Made by a program: the position numbers and the translations under genes. Positions 22,647 through 33,313 of a stretch of 64,000 nucleotides of DNA are shown in pieces (the stretch's first letter is position 1; each line of letters opens with the position of its first letter). The stretch spans positions 1,590,336-1,654,335 of the forward strand of contig OZ242002.1 in the NCBI GenBank assembly GCA_965204665.1, read 5' to 3'. Source of the stretch: Thermodesulfobacteriota bacterium. GTDB taxonomy: Bacteria; Desulfobacterota_D; UBA1144; Nemesobacterales; Nemesobacteraceae. Below the pieces are notes generated by a model, which was not told where the DNA came from, did no database searches, and was given only the letters and a program-made list of their open reading frames with translations.

Positions 22647-24899
22647 ATGGCCAGATACCTCGTCATAGTCGAATCTCCTTCAAAAGCGAGAACCATAGAA
22701 AAATACCTCGGACCGGATTTCAGCGTGGATGCCTCTTCCGGACATCTGGTTGATCTGCCGAGCAGTAAACTCGGAGTCGACATCGAAAACGACTTCAAAC
22801 CCGACTATATCGTTATAAAAGGCAAGCAGAAATATCTCAACGCGTTGAAAGAAGCGTCACGAGGCGCGGAAAAAGTTTATCTGGCGTCGGACCCCGACAG
22901 GGAAGGGGAGGCGATCGCCTGGCATATAGCCGAGAAACTTGCTCTCGGGAACAGAGCTCGGAGGGTGCTTATACGCGAGATAACGGAATCGGGCGTAAGG
23001 GATTCGATGAAAAATCCGCTCGAGATCAACAAGGACCGTTTTGAATCCCAGCAGGCCAGAAGAATTCTGGACAGGATAGTCGGCTACCAGGTGAGCCCTG
23101 TTCTATGGAAAAAAGTGAGAAAGGGTCTGAGCGCCGGCAGAGTGCAGAGCGTGGCGCTGCGGTTTGTCGTGGACAGAGAGCGCGAGATACAGAATTTCAA
23201 GCCCAGTGAATACTGGTCTGTTGAAGCAAGCCTCAAGAAGACGGAGGATTCCGACACCGATGCATTCACCGCGATGCTTAATACATTCCGCGGAAAAAAA
23301 GCCGAGATTGAAAACGAAGAACAGTCGAAGGAAATCATGGACTCGCTTTCAGGAAAGGAATTCGTCGTGAAATCGGTCACGAAAAAAGAGAGGAAAAGAA
23401 AACCGGTCGCGCCTTTCATAACCAGCACGCTGCAGCAGGAAGCGTCGAAAAAAATCAGGTTTTCCGTAAAAAGGACCATGGGCATCGCGCAGAAACTCTA
23501 TGAGGGAATCGATCTTGGAAGCAAGGGGCCGGTAGGACTTATAACTTATATGAGAACCGACTCGTTCCGCTCTTCCGAAAGCGCCTTAGCCGAGGCCCGT
23601 GAATTCATATCCGCCAACTATTCCCCGGACTATGTTCCGAAAAAACCTAATGTGTTCAAGGTGAAGAAACAGGCCCAGGACGCGCACGAGTGCATAAGAC
23701 CCACTTTCCCCTCGAGACACCCTGACGGTCTCAGAAAGTTTCTTACTGATGAACAGTACAAACTCTATCTGCTCATATGGCAGAGATTCATCGCATCCCA
23801 GATGAATCCCGCCGTGTATGACCAGACTCAAGTGGACATCGAGGCGGGTGTCTCCGTTTTCAGAGCCACGGGCAACGTGATGAAATTTGCGGGTTTTACG
23901 GCCGTGTATCAGGAGACGGAGGAAAAAGACGAATCCGACAAACAGACTGAAGATTCAAAGAAAAAAGAAAACGGAAAACTTCCTCCGCTGTCTGAAAAAG
24001 AGATTCTCGATCTTCTTAAGATTGAACCGAAGCAGCATTTCACGCAACCTCCTTCCAGATACTCTGAAAGTTCTCTAGTAAAAGAGCTTGAGGAAAAAGG
24101 AATAGGCAGACCGTCCACTTACGCGTCCATACTCTCGACCATACAGGACAGGGGTTATGTCGAGAGGGAGAAGCGGAGATTTTCCCCGACCCCGCTGGGG
24201 TTCTCCGTAAATGATTTTCTGATGGAGGGGTTCCCGAGGATAATGGACCAGAAGTTCACCGCGCGGATGGAAAGCGACCTTGACAGGGTTGAGGAAGGCG
24301 CTGTCAACTGGGTCGAGCTTCTGCGGGAATTCTACGATGAATTTTCAAAAAGCGTGGAACATGCGAAGCATGATGTTGAGAGCAGAAAAACAGAGATACC
24401 GACAGATATAAGCTGTGGGAAGTGCGGGAAGATTATGATGATAAAGGAGGGAAGGTTCGGACAGTTCCTCGCGTGCACGGGGTTTCCTGAATGCAGAAAC
24501 ACCGCTGAGTTCACGAGGTCGGAGGACGGGGGAATCATCATAGATGAAAAACAGACTTCCGCGCAATGCGATCTGGAATGCGATAAATGCGGCGCTCCCA
24601 TGCAGGTAAGGCGGGGAAAGTACGGAGAGTTTCTTTCCTGCTCCAGATATCCGGAATGTAAAAATCCCAGGGAGTTCACAAGGTCGGAGGACGGAGCAAT
24701 CGTGATGAAGGAGAAGGAGAAACCTCAGTTGCGCGAAGATGTACTATGTGAGAAATGCGGAAAACCCATGGTAGTACGCAAAAGCCGTCGCGGACCGTTC
24801 CTGGGTTGCAGCGGTTATCCCAGATGCAGAAGCACGCTTAATCTTGACCAGGACGGAAACGTGTTGAAAAGGGCCGTAAAAACTGAAAAAACTGCCTGA
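22647..24899 (+). CDS. topA: DNA topoisomerase I
   Basis: IVESPSKA, DPDREGE, SAGRVQS, ITYMRTDS, three C-terminal zinc ribbons. Confidence 0.97.
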   Translation: MARYLVIVESPSKARTIEKYLGPDFSVDASSGHLVDLPSSKLGVDIENDFKPDYIVIKGKQKYLNALKEASRGAEKVYLASDPDREGEAIAWHIAEKLALGNRARRVLIREITESGVRDSMKNPLEINKDRFESQQARRILDRIVGYQVSPVLWKKVRKGLSAGRVQSVALRFVVDREREIQNFKPSEYWSVEASLKKTEDSDTDAFTAMLNTFRGKKAEIENEEQSKEIMDSLSGKEFVVKSVTKKERKRKPVAPFITSTLQQEASKKIRFSVKRTMGIAQKLYEGIDLGSKGPVGLITYMRTDSFRSSESALAEAREFISANYSPDYVPKKPNVFKVKKQAQDAHECIRPTFPSRHPDGLRKFLTDEQYKLYLLIWQRFIASQMNPAVYDQTQVDIEAGVSVFRATGNVMKFAGFTAVYQETEEKDESDKQTEDSKKKENGKLPPLSEKEILDLLKIEPKQHFTQPPSRYSESSLVKELEEKGIGRPSTYASILSTIQDRGYVEREKRRFSPTPLGFSVNDFLMEGFPRIMDQKFTARMESDLDRVEEGAVNWVELLREFYDEFSKSVEHAKHDVESRKTEIPTDISCGKCGKIMMIKEGRFGQFLACTGFPECRNTAEFTRSEDGGIIIDEKQTSAQCDLECDKCGAPMQVRRGKYGEFLSCSRYPECKNPREFTRSEDGAIVMKEKEKPQLREDVLCEKCGKPMVVRKSRRGPFLGCSGYPRCRSTLNLDQDGNVLKRAVKTEKTA

Positions 24900-24905
24900 T
24901 GAGCC

Positions 24906-27386
24906 ATGCGGGCGGATCTTGAAGAAATCCTGGAAACTCTCAGGAAGCCTCTTGCGTACGCATCAAGAAACGATTTTGCGACTCTGGGCAAGATGTCCGC
25001 TTTCGAGCAGAGCATAAAACAAATCTGCACAAGAACACTTAATTCCGACCTTCCGGAAAAAACCCGGATAAAAATAGAAAATATAAGAAAATCGTTTTCG
25101 GGTTTCGACGGTTTTTCTTCCGCGGAGAAAAAAAAGAGAATAAGTTCCGCGCTGCGCGCCGTAAACAGGATAAAAAGTGCGGAGCCTCGGCCGTTGCGGA
25201 AAAAAGCTTCACCGAAGCCCGTTGCTTCGCAAAAAAAATACGGTTTCTCCGATCACCCTTGTTCCGTGCCGGTCACGGCCGTTGCGGGCGCGACGGCCAG
25301 AATTGCCGGTTTTCTGGAGAAAAGATATATCCGCACCGTCTCGGACCTCATTTTCTACCGACCCAGAAAGTACGACGACAGAAGAAACATAAAGACCATA
25401 TCGGAGGCGATGGAAGGTGAATCCTGCACTTTGCGCGGCCGGGTCACTTCGGTCGGCGAGATAAGAAACAGAAAGAGAAGTTTTTTTCGGGTCGTGATTT
25501 CCGATGGAACCGGAAGGCTTTTCCTGACGTGGTTTAACTACAACGCGCGATATCTGAGAGGTATTTTCAAAAAGGAACTTTATTTCATAGTTCACGGGAA
25601 GATATCCATCGCTCCGCGTACCTACGCGATTCAGATAATTCATCCGCTGCCCCAGGACATAGAAGTGATAGAGAATGACAGGGATACGGGCAGTCCGCTT
25701 CAGTTCGGAAGGATAGTGCCGGTTTATCCGCTTACTGAAGGACTCACGCAGAAAAAACTCAGGGAAATAGTAAAAGGTGCTCTTGATGTGTGTGGCCGCA
25801 GTTTTGCGGACCTTATTCCGGTGGAAGTGGAGAAAAAGCACGGGCTTATGCCTCTTTACGATGCGCTTGTCCAGGTGCATTTTCCGGATGCCGACTCACC
25901 GCTTGTTGATTTTGAGGACCTGCCTTCCGTCTTGGGTTCGAAACCTCACCGGACGGTAATATTCTTTGAATTCTTTCTTCTGCAGCTGGGGCTTGTATCG
26001 AGAAAGCGCAAGGTCGGGAGCAGCCGCGGAATATCCTTCAACCGGGAGTGCATCTATGCGGAGAAACTGATTCGTTCACTTCCCTTCAGCCTCAGCCGTG
26101 CGCAGAAGAAGGCGGTTTCTGAAATCGCGGCTGATATGATCTCCCCGCATCCGATGAACAGGCTTCTCCAGGGAGATGTGGGAAGCGGAAAAACGCTTGT
26201 GGCTCTTATTTCGATGCTCCGCGCCGTTGAATCCGGGTACCAGACGGCCATAATGGTTCCCACGGAGATTCTGGCTGAACAGCATTTCAGAAACCTAAAC
26301 CGCATGCTCCGTTCTCTGGGAATAAAGACGGACCTGCTGAAAAGCGGGCTCTCGAGTCGGGAAAAAATGCGCGTCTACGACAACATAAGGACGGGACGGA
26401 GCGGAATCGTGGTGGGAACGCACGCCCTTATCTCGGAAGGGGTGGAGTTCAAATCTCTGGGTCTGGTGGTAATAGACGAACAGCACAGGTTCGGGGTTCT
26501 TCAGCGCGCGAGGCTTGTCCAGAAGGCCGAAATTCCGGATGTGCTGGTTATGACGGCCACTCCGATCCCCAGAACTCTGGCCATAACCGTATACGGAGAC
26601 CTGGACATTTCTCTGATCGACGAACTCCCTGCTTCAAGAAAAAGGGTCGGAACTCTAGTTCTGGGCGATACTCGGAAGCATAGGAAATGGCTTTATGAGG
26701 AGGTGCGGAAAAAACTTGCCGAGGGTCGTCAGGCGTATTTTGTCTATCCCTTCATAGAGGAATCGGAAAACGAGGATTTCAGCAGGATAAGAGATGTCAC
26801 CCGTATGGTGGAGGAACTGAGAGAGGAGTTTTCGGAATTCACGGTATCTTATCTTCACGGGAAGATGAGCGGCGAGCAGAGAGATGCCGTAATGGGAGAT
26901 TTTGTCTCAGGACGATGCGATGTCCTTGCTTCAACCACTGTTATAGAGGTAGGAGTCGATGTTCATAACGCCTCTGTGATGGTAATAGAGAGCGCGGAGC
27001 GCTTCGGACTGTCTCAACTTCACCAGATGAGGGGAAGGGTGGGCAGAGGAGAGCACGAATCGGTCTGCTATATAGTGTATTCACCCCGGGCGGGAGAGGA
27101 ATCCGCGGAGAGACTCAGGATAATGGGAGAGACATCAGACGGATTCAGGATTTCGGAGTACGACCTTGCGAGCAGGGGTCCCGGAGAGTTTATGGGTACC
27201 AAGCAGTCGGGATCTGCGGGATTCGGTTTCGCGAATCCGATCAGAGACGCGGAACTTCTTGAAGCGGCTCGGGAATCCGCACGGGAATTCATAAGAGCGA
27301 AAGACGGTCTCGTCGGGCACGAAAAACTGCTTGCGCATGTAAAAGCCAAGTGGAGAGACATGCTCTCCCTGGATACAAGTTCGTAA
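24906..27386 (+). CDS. recG: ATP-dependent DNA helicase RecG
   Basis: RLLQGDVGSGKT, IDEQHRFGV, MTATPIPRTL, QLHQMRGRVGRG. Confidence 0.97.
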   Translation: MRADLEEILETLRKPLAYASRNDFATLGKMSAFEQSIKQICTRTLNSDLPEKTRIKIENIRKSFSGFDGFSSAEKKKRISSALRAVNRIKSAEPRPLRKKASPKPVASQKKYGFSDHPCSVPVTAVAGATARIAGFLEKRYIRTVSDLIFYRPRKYDDRRNIKTISEAMEGESCTLRGRVTSVGEIRNRKRSFFRVVISDGTGRLFLTWFNYNARYLRGIFKKELYFIVHGKISIAPRTYAIQIIHPLPQDIEVIENDRDTGSPLQFGRIVPVYPLTEGLTQKKLREIVKGALDVCGRSFADLIPVEVEKKHGLMPLYDALVQVHFPDADSPLVDFEDLPSVLGSKPHRTVIFFEFFLLQLGLVSRKRKVGSSRGISFNRECIYAEKLIRSLPFSLSRAQKKAVSEIAADMISPHPMNRLLQGDVGSGKTLVALISMLRAVESGYQTAIMVPTEILAEQHFRNLNRMLRSLGIKTDLLKSGLSSREKMRVYDNIRTGRSGIVVGTHALISEGVEFKSLGLVVIDEQHRFGVLQRARLVQKAEIPDVLVMTATPIPRTLAITVYGDLDISLIDELPASRKRVGTLVLGDTRKHRKWLYEEVRKKLAEGRQAYFVYPFIEESENEDFSRIRDVTRMVEELREEFSEFTVSYLHGKMSGEQRDAVMGDFVSGRCDVLASTTVIEVGVDVHNASVMVIESAERFGLSQLHQMRGRVGRGEHESVCYIVYSPRAGEESAERLRIMGETSDGFRISEYDLASRGPGEFMGTKQSGSAGFGFANPIRDAELLEAARESAREFIRAKDGLVGHEKLLAHVKAKWRDMLSLDTSS

Positions 27387-27397
27387 TACGACCGTAA

Positions 27398-27422
27398 GAG
27401 TTCGGTCAAGGTATGACGTACG
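27398..27422 (+). repeat. Dispersed repeat B (gagttcggtcaaggtatgacgtacg)
   Basis: 27400-27422 matches 54494-54516 at 21/23; inverted copy at 28995-29008 (13/14); 11-bp core inverted at 5093-5103. Confidence 0.7.
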
Positions 27423-27650
27423 GGCGTTTTCAGCGGTTGAGGATTCGCTTCCGGTTCCTGCGAAGCGGTCGAAGGCTGTCTCACACGGCAGAGCGATGAG
27501 GGGAGCCCCCCCTCCGGTTTCCTGCCGAATATCCCCTGTTCCGAGCCCGAACCATGGTCCGAACATCCCGAAACCGCCTCCGACCGGCAGCTGCAGAGAT
27601 TCCTCACTACACATTGAATGTTTCCGACAGACAGGCCGAATCATCATGAA

Positions 27651-27677
27651 TTGACTTGGTATGGGGGGGGGTAGAAT
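27651..27677 (+). promoter_or_regulatory. Sigma70-like promoter with G9 tract in spacer (copy 2)
   Basis: TTGACT-TGGTAT-G9-TAGAAT, 15 bp spacer. Confidence 0.72.
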
Positions 27678-27759
27678 TGGGAACACAAGGATAGGATTTG
27701 ACGGCGGGATTTCGTCGAACCGACCTGTCCTTGTGAATATTCTGTATGGGAGGTCTGTT

Positions 27760-28837
27760 ATGAAGTTACGTAATTTCTTAATTTTGTTGTTTCTGCTCGG
27801 CGGTGCGGTTTTCTTTGCTGCCTGTGAAGGGGATATGGGTCCGGCTGGGCCGGCAGGGAAAGACGGGGTGAAAGGAGATAAAGGAGACTCGGGAACACCG
27901 GGAGTGGCGGGGGATAAAGGAAATCGGGGAGAGTCCTTCGGTGATCCCAGGTGCGACGTGAGTAACGGTATAAATGCGCTGCCCGGTGTCTCTAATAATA
28001 TCATGCGGACTGCGGATGACGACATCATCTGCGGAAATCAATACATCAACGACATTAAAGCCGGTGATGGTGATGATACTGTTTACGGTGCGGGAGGCAA
28101 CGGTCTGCTCTATGGTCAAAACGGCGATGATACACTCTACGGAGAAGATGGAAAGGACTCTATATGGGGTGGAGACGGCGATGATACCGTCATCAGCGGA
28201 CTTGGAGGTAAATCTGGAGCAGCAATGTGGAGAACCTGCGCGGTGAAGCCGGAGACGATACAATTGAAGTTACCGGAGACAGCAAAGTCTACATATGGGG
28301 CGGCGCCGGCAACGATACTCTGGTCCTTCCTCCTGATGATGCTTCATTCACATATAACCTCGCAACAAGAAATAGTCGTGATCCTACCTTAAGCATAGAG
28401 AGTGTTTCCGCGGTTTCATTATATCCGGGCGCTGAACAGTCCACCTTTACCGTTGATTTTACAGGAGATGCTCAGGCTAATACCCTCACGGGCGCCAATG
28501 GTGCCGACAAGCTCAAAGGCGCCGCCGGAAACGACACCCTTATAGGTAACGGGGGTGCCGATACTCTTACCGGCGGAGACGGAGCGATACTTTCGTCATC
28601 GACTACGCGCACAGAAGCGACAAGGATACTATTACGGACTTTACAACAGCACAGAATGATAAGATCCGGTTCAAAGGTTTTCCCGCGGGAGACACTGCTA
28701 GAAGATTAGCCGGCTCAGGCGGTATCATTTCCGTAGGAGGAGATAATGTCGTTGAGATACAGGTGAGCGGTGCAGCAAATGAGACCTTGTCGAATTCAAT
28801 TCGTACCACATCGACCCTATATGAATTCGTGGACTGA
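27760..28837 (+). pseudogene. Collagen-RTX lipoprotein copy 2, with two frameshifts
   Basis: MKLRNFL..FFAAC, 12 Gly-X-Y triplets, GDPRCDVSNG; frame changes near 28210-28227 and near 28585; last frame ends TLYEFVD-stop at 28837. Confidence 0.85.
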
Positions 28838-28919
28838 GTTAATCGGTTCCGGTGAAGTTGTTTCCGCGAAAGGAGCAACTTTAGTCTTCAGTAGATTCCG
28901 AATTGCTTTTCTTCAGATC

Positions 28920-28953
28920 AACCGGGTTCCAGGAGATCGGGACCCGGTTTTTT
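28920..28953 (+). terminator. Intrinsic terminator downstream of copy 2
   Basis: accgggttcc-aggagatc-gggacccggt followed by a T run. Confidence 0.72.
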
Positions 28954-29047
28954 GCAGCACCCGTTGAACTTTGAAGTACAGCGGCCGAGCACCGCCTTGA
29001 CCGAACACTTGCATCCGCCACGCCCCGTTTTTCCGGAAAGGAGGTTC

Positions 29048-30325
29048 TTAACCTTCGACCAGAAGGTCTTCGGGGTCCTCTATGAGTTCCTTTATCTTCA
29101 CCAGGAACTGCACGGCCTCCTTGCCGTCCACTATCCTGTGGTCGTAACTGAGAGCCGTGTACATCATCGGTCTTACAACCACTTCGCCGTCTATAACCAC
29201 CGGTCTCTGTTCTATCTTGTGAAGACCGAGTATGGCGACCTGAGGAGGATTGATTATGGGAGTGCTCATAAGCGAGCCGTACACCCCTCCGTTCGTTATG
29301 GTGAATGTGCCGCCGAGAAGTTCGTCAAGCGAGAGGGTGTTTTCACCGGCTTTCGCCGCAAGTTCCTTCAACTCTTTTTCTATCTGCGCGAAGGTCTTTC
29401 TGTCGGCTTCGCGTATCACCGGAACGACCAGACCCCCTTCCGCGCCGACAGCTATACCGATATCGTAGTAATCTTTGTAGATTATCTCTTCGTCCTGAAT
29501 CTCCGCATTTATGTCGGGAAACGCCTTCAGTGCTCCCACCGAGGCCTTTACGAAGAAGGAGGAAAAGCCTAAGTTCACTCCGTGTTTTTCCTTGAAGCCT
29601 TCTTTTTTTCTCGCCCGCAGATTCATTACCTTCGACATATCCACTTCATTAAAGGTGGAGAGTATTGCGGCTGTATGCTGAACATCCACAAGACGTTTAG
29701 CGATGGTCCTGCGACGTCTCGACATCTTCACTCTGCGTTCTCTGGTTGAAACAAGTTGTGAAAGAGACGGGAAAAGACCGGTAGGGATATCTTCGGCTGT
29801 TTTTTGCCGTACGGGTTCGTGCCGTACAGGTTCCCGCGGCGGGAGTTCCTGCTGAGCGGTCGCTTGGCGTGTCTGCTCCTTCTCTTTTTCCGATTCTATA
29901 TGTTTTTCAACATCTTCCTTCGTGATTCTGCTTCCTTCCGGGGTTATACGGGAGAGGTCGACCCGGTTCTGCTCGGCTATGTTTCTCGCCACCGGCGTCG
30001 CACGGACATGAGGCTGTTTTTCTTCATCGACCGGTTTCCCTGCTGCTTGCTCGGGAACTTCTTTTTCCTCGGAGATTACGGAGGCTGCTCCTGTCTCTAT
30101 GGTTCCCAGCAGGTCTCCGACCTCGACATCGTCATCAGCCTTTCTGGCTATGGATTTCAGTACACCGGATGTTTCAGCCGCAACCTCGAAATTGGCTTTC
30201 TCGGTTTCAAGTTCGACTATGGTTTCCCCGATTTTTACGGCATCCCCTTCCTGCTTGACCCACTTTATTATAGTAGCCTCTATTACCGAATCCCCGAGAT
30301 GGGGGACGACGATGTTCTTGTCCAT
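29048..30325 (-). CDS. sucB: 2-oxoglutarate dehydrogenase E2 (dihydrolipoamide succinyltransferase)
   Basis: Lipoyl domain ELETEKA, E3-binding ATPVAR, catalytic SYDHRIVDG; downstream of sucA. Confidence 0.95.
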   Translation of the reverse strand: MDKNIVVPHLGDSVIEATIIKWVKQEGDAVKIGETIVELETEKANFEVAAETSGVLKSIARKADDDVEVGDLLGTIETGAASVISEEKEVPEQAAGKPVDEEKQPHVRATPVARNIAEQNRVDLSRITPEGSRITKEDVEKHIESEKEKEQTRQATAQQELPPREPVRHEPVRQKTAEDIPTGLFPSLSQLVSTRERRVKMSRRRRTIAKRLVDVQHTAAILSTFNEVDMSKVMNLRARKKEGFKEKHGVNLGFSSFFVKASVGALKAFPDINAEIQDEEIIYKDYYDIGIAVGAEGGLVVPVIREADRKTFAQIEKELKELAAKAGENTLSLDELLGGTFTITNGGVYGSLMSTPIINPPQVAILGLHKIEQRPVVIDGEVVVRPMMYTALSYDHRIVDGKEAVQFLVKIKELIEDPEDLLVEG

Positions 30326-30351
30326 CTTTATTTTTCCTCGCTTGAGTTTCG

Positions 30352-33183
30352 TTATATGTCCCTGTGCCAGGTTATGCCGCTCTGCTCGTTTCCTTCAACT
30401 ACCTCATCTATGCTGAATGCCTGCTTTATAAGCAGGTCCTGATTGTATTTGTGCATCGAGAAAAGTCCCTCGGAAGGACTTGAATTTCTTTTTCTTCCTA
30501 TATAACTCACCGGATGGCGTTTTTTTATGATTTTTCTTTTGAGAAAGGGAAGCATATATTTCCATGCGCCGGAGTTTTGAGGCTCTTCCTGCACCCACGC
30601 CACCTCCTCCACCCCGGCGTATCTGTTGACAATCTCAATAAGCTCGTCCTTGGGCCTCGGGTAGAGCTGCTCGACACGCACTACGGCCACCTCAGGGGAT
30701 TTCTTGCGCAGCTCGCTCGAGATGAGGTCTATATAAACCTTTCCGCTGCAGAGAATAAGTCTTCTCACTTTTTTTGCCTGCCGCGCGTTCATCGGGTCGT
30801 CAATCACCGGAAGCCAACTGCCTTCAGAAAGGTCCTTGAGCGAGGAGTTCATCATCGGGTTTCTTAGAAGTCCTTTGGGCGTCATCACCACGAGAGGAAG
30901 AGGGTCTTTTTCGAGTAGAGCGGACTGGCGGCGCAGAACATGGAAAAACTGCGCGGAAGTCGTGCAGTTCACTATTCTCATATTGTATTCCGCAGCGGAC
31001 ATGAGAAATCTCTCAAGCCTGGCGCTTGAGTGATCGGGACCCTGTCCTTCGTAGGCATGCGGAAGAAGGAGAACCAGAGAAGGTGTCTGTCCCCATTTGG
31101 CTCTTGCCGATACCAGGTACTCGTCGATAATGGTTTGCGCTCCGTTTATGAAGTCGCCGTACTGCGCTTCCCATATAACAAGACAGTTTCTTTTCTGTAT
31201 GCTGTATCCGTATTCAAAACCAAGACAGGCGTTTTCAGTAAGAGGACTGTTTTTTATCTCGAACGCCGCTTTGGCTTGAGGAATCTTCTGCAGAGGAGTA
31301 TGGGTTTTTCCGTCCTCTAGGTCGTGAAGCACGGCGTGACGATGGCTGAAGGTTCCCCGCTCGCAATCCTGCCCCGTTATTCTTATCGGCGTTCCGTCGG
31401 CGACTATCGAGGCGTATGCGAGTTCTTCGGCCGCCGCCCAGTCGATGGTTTTTGCCTTCGGGTCGTCGAGGATATTTTTTCTTCTGTCCCGTATTCTTGC
31501 GATTTTAGGGTTTATCGTGAAGTCATCGGGCAGATGCAGCAGCGCACGGTTCAGTTCGCGCAGAGTCTCCGCGTCCACCTTCGTGACTGCTTTTTTTGCC
31601 GCCTGAGGCTCGGGAAAAAGAGATATCGACTCCTCGGGAGATTCGTCAGGCCCGATCGACTCGAATTCCTCCGTAATCTTGAGCATATGTCTTTCCCGCA
31701 TCCGGTCCACTTGGTTTTCCGTAACTTTACCTTCAGATATAAGCTTGTTTTTCCATATGCTCATCACCGTGGGGTGGGAGTCTATTTTCTTGTAGATCAT
31801 CGGCTGGGTAAATCCCGGCTCGTCGGCTTCGTTGTGACCGTATCTTCTGTAACCTACGAGGTCTATGAGGAAATGTTTTTCAAATTCAGAAATATAGCCG
31901 AATGCGAGTCTTATGGCCTCTATACAGGCCGCAGGGTCGTCCGCGTTTACGTGAACCACCGGTATTTCAAACCCCTTAGCCAGGTCGCTCGCGTAAAGCG
32001 TGCTTCTGCTGTCGGAAGGGATCGTGGTATAACCTATCTGGTTGTTGGTGATTATATGTATGGTTCCGCCCGTGTTGTAGGCCGGAAGCGCATACAGGTT
32101 CAGAGTTTCCGCGTTTATTCCCTGTCCCATGAACGCGGCGTCTCCGTGTATCTGCACCGGAATTACGGCAGACGGGTCGAACTTCGGAGGACCGGGGTTG
32201 CCGTCGTTTATCCCGCATGCTCTCGACATTCCCTGCACCACCGGGTTTACGGATTCCAGATGGCTGGGGTTGGGAACCATGGTAATTCGCATGGTGTCGT
32301 CGAGAAGTTCTCCCTTGGGAATATCCCTGCTTGCCGACTCGTGATATTTCACGTCTCCGGTCCATCCCATGTCGTCTGCGAAATCTCTTTTCAGAAGCGG
32401 GTCCCTGAATTTGAGCAGAGTGTACTTATAGGTCTTTCCCATAACGTGGTGCATCACATTCAGTCTTCCGCGATGGGCCATGCCTAGCACTATTTGGTGT
32501 ATGTCCTTGATTAACGCCAGGTCTATGAGTTCGTTCAGCATCGGTACCAGCATGTCCACGCCTTCTACCGAGAACCTGAATTTCCCGGGAAATATTCTGT
32601 GAAGAAACTTTTCAAACGCCTCGACCTTTATAAGCGTGTCGAGAATCTCCGTTTCGTCCAACGGGTTGATGGGGGGACGGTAAGTGCCCGATTCTATAGC
32701 CTCTCTCAACCATGCTCTCTCTTCCGCCTCGTATATGTGGTCGTAGTTGTAACCGGCGGTGGACGAGTAGATATTTCTCAGATTCTTTATCGCGTCGAAA
32801 GCGTTCGCCGAGTTTTCGGAAAGAGGCCATCCGACAAGCGACGCCGGATAGTTCAGAAGATCCCGGTCCCTGAGTCCGAAAGTCTCGGGGTGCAGTGTTA
32901 CTTCCGCATGCGACGGCGGATTGAGAGGGTCTATATTGCTTTCAAGATGTCCGTGCCTTCTGATCGCCTGGGCCATGTTGGCAATGGCGACGGCGGTTTC
33001 CATATTCTTTGTTGAAGGTCCAAAAAAGTCGTTCGCACGGGATTCCGAAAACATTTCATCTTGAGGGTTCCACCGGTCAAATATGGTTTTTGTCGCGGGG
33101 TCGACCGAGGACGGGTTTTCCAGATAACGCTCGAAAAGCTCCATTACGTAGCCGGAATTCAATCCGTGAAATTCGTTCCACAT
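30352..33183 (-). CDS. sucA: 2-oxoglutarate dehydrogenase E1
   Basis: [46 protein letters not shown]. Confidence 0.97.
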   Translation of the reverse strand: MWNEFHGLNSGYVMELFERYLENPSSVDPATKTIFDRWNPQDEMFSESRANDFFGPSTKNMETAVAIANMAQAIRRHGHLESNIDPLNPPSHAEVTLHPETFGLRDRDLLNYPASLVGWPLSENSANAFDAIKNLRNIYSSTAGYNYDHIYEAEERAWLREAIESGTYRPPINPLDETEILDTLIKVEAFEKFLHRIFPGKFRFSVEGVDMLVPMLNELIDLALIKDIHQIVLGMAHRGRLNVMHHVMGKTYKYTLLKFRDPLLKRDFADDMGWTGDVKYHESASRDIPKGELLDDTMRITMVPNPSHLESVNPVVQGMSRACGINDGNPGPPKFDPSAVIPVQIHGDAAFMGQGINAETLNLYALPAYNTGGTIHIITNNQIGYTTIPSDSRSTLYASDLAKGFEIPVVHVNADDPAACIEAIRLAFGYISEFEKHFLIDLVGYRRYGHNEADEPGFTQPMIYKKIDSHPTVMSIWKNKLISEGKVTENQVDRMRERHMLKITEEFESIGPDESPEESISLFPEPQAAKKAVTKVDAETLRELNRALLHLPDDFTINPKIARIRDRRKNILDDPKAKTIDWAAAEELAYASIVADGTPIRITGQDCERGTFSHRHAVLHDLEDGKTHTPLQKIPQAKAAFEIKNSPLTENACLGFEYGYSIQKRNCLVIWEAQYGDFINGAQTIIDEYLVSARAKWGQTPSLVLLLPHAYEGQGPDHSSARLERFLMSAAEYNMRIVNCTTSAQFFHVLRRQSALLEKDPLPLVVMTPKGLLRNPMMNSSLKDLSEGSWLPVIDDPMNARQAKKVRRLILCSGKVYIDLISSELRKKSPEVAVVRVEQLYPRPKDELIEIVNRYAGVEEVAWVQEEPQNSGAWKYMLPFLKRKIIKKRHPVSYIGRKRNSSPSEGLFSMHKYNQDLLIKQAFSIDEVVEGNEQSGITWHRDI

Positions 33184-33313
33184 ACTTGTCTGCCTTCCGC
33201 GCTTGCGGTCCTGATCAAGCGGTTAAAAAGCATATCATAAAAGATTGTAAAGAAAAATGAAATTTCAAGACCCGGTATTCATAATCGGTTGTAAAAAGCC
33301 GTCGAGTTACGGG

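Noticed and set aside
24906-25260. N-terminal extension of RecG
   Set aside because: Long-form RecG proteins are known; no evidence of a distinct new domain
27135-28028. 297-aa minus-strand ORF
   Set aside because: Antisense to recG and to the collagen repeat; its Pro/Ser periodicity mirrors Gly-X-Y codons
31324-32487. 387-aa plus-strand ORF
   Set aside because: Antisense shadow of sucA with no recognisable motifs; the same applies to most short overlapping ORFs in the track
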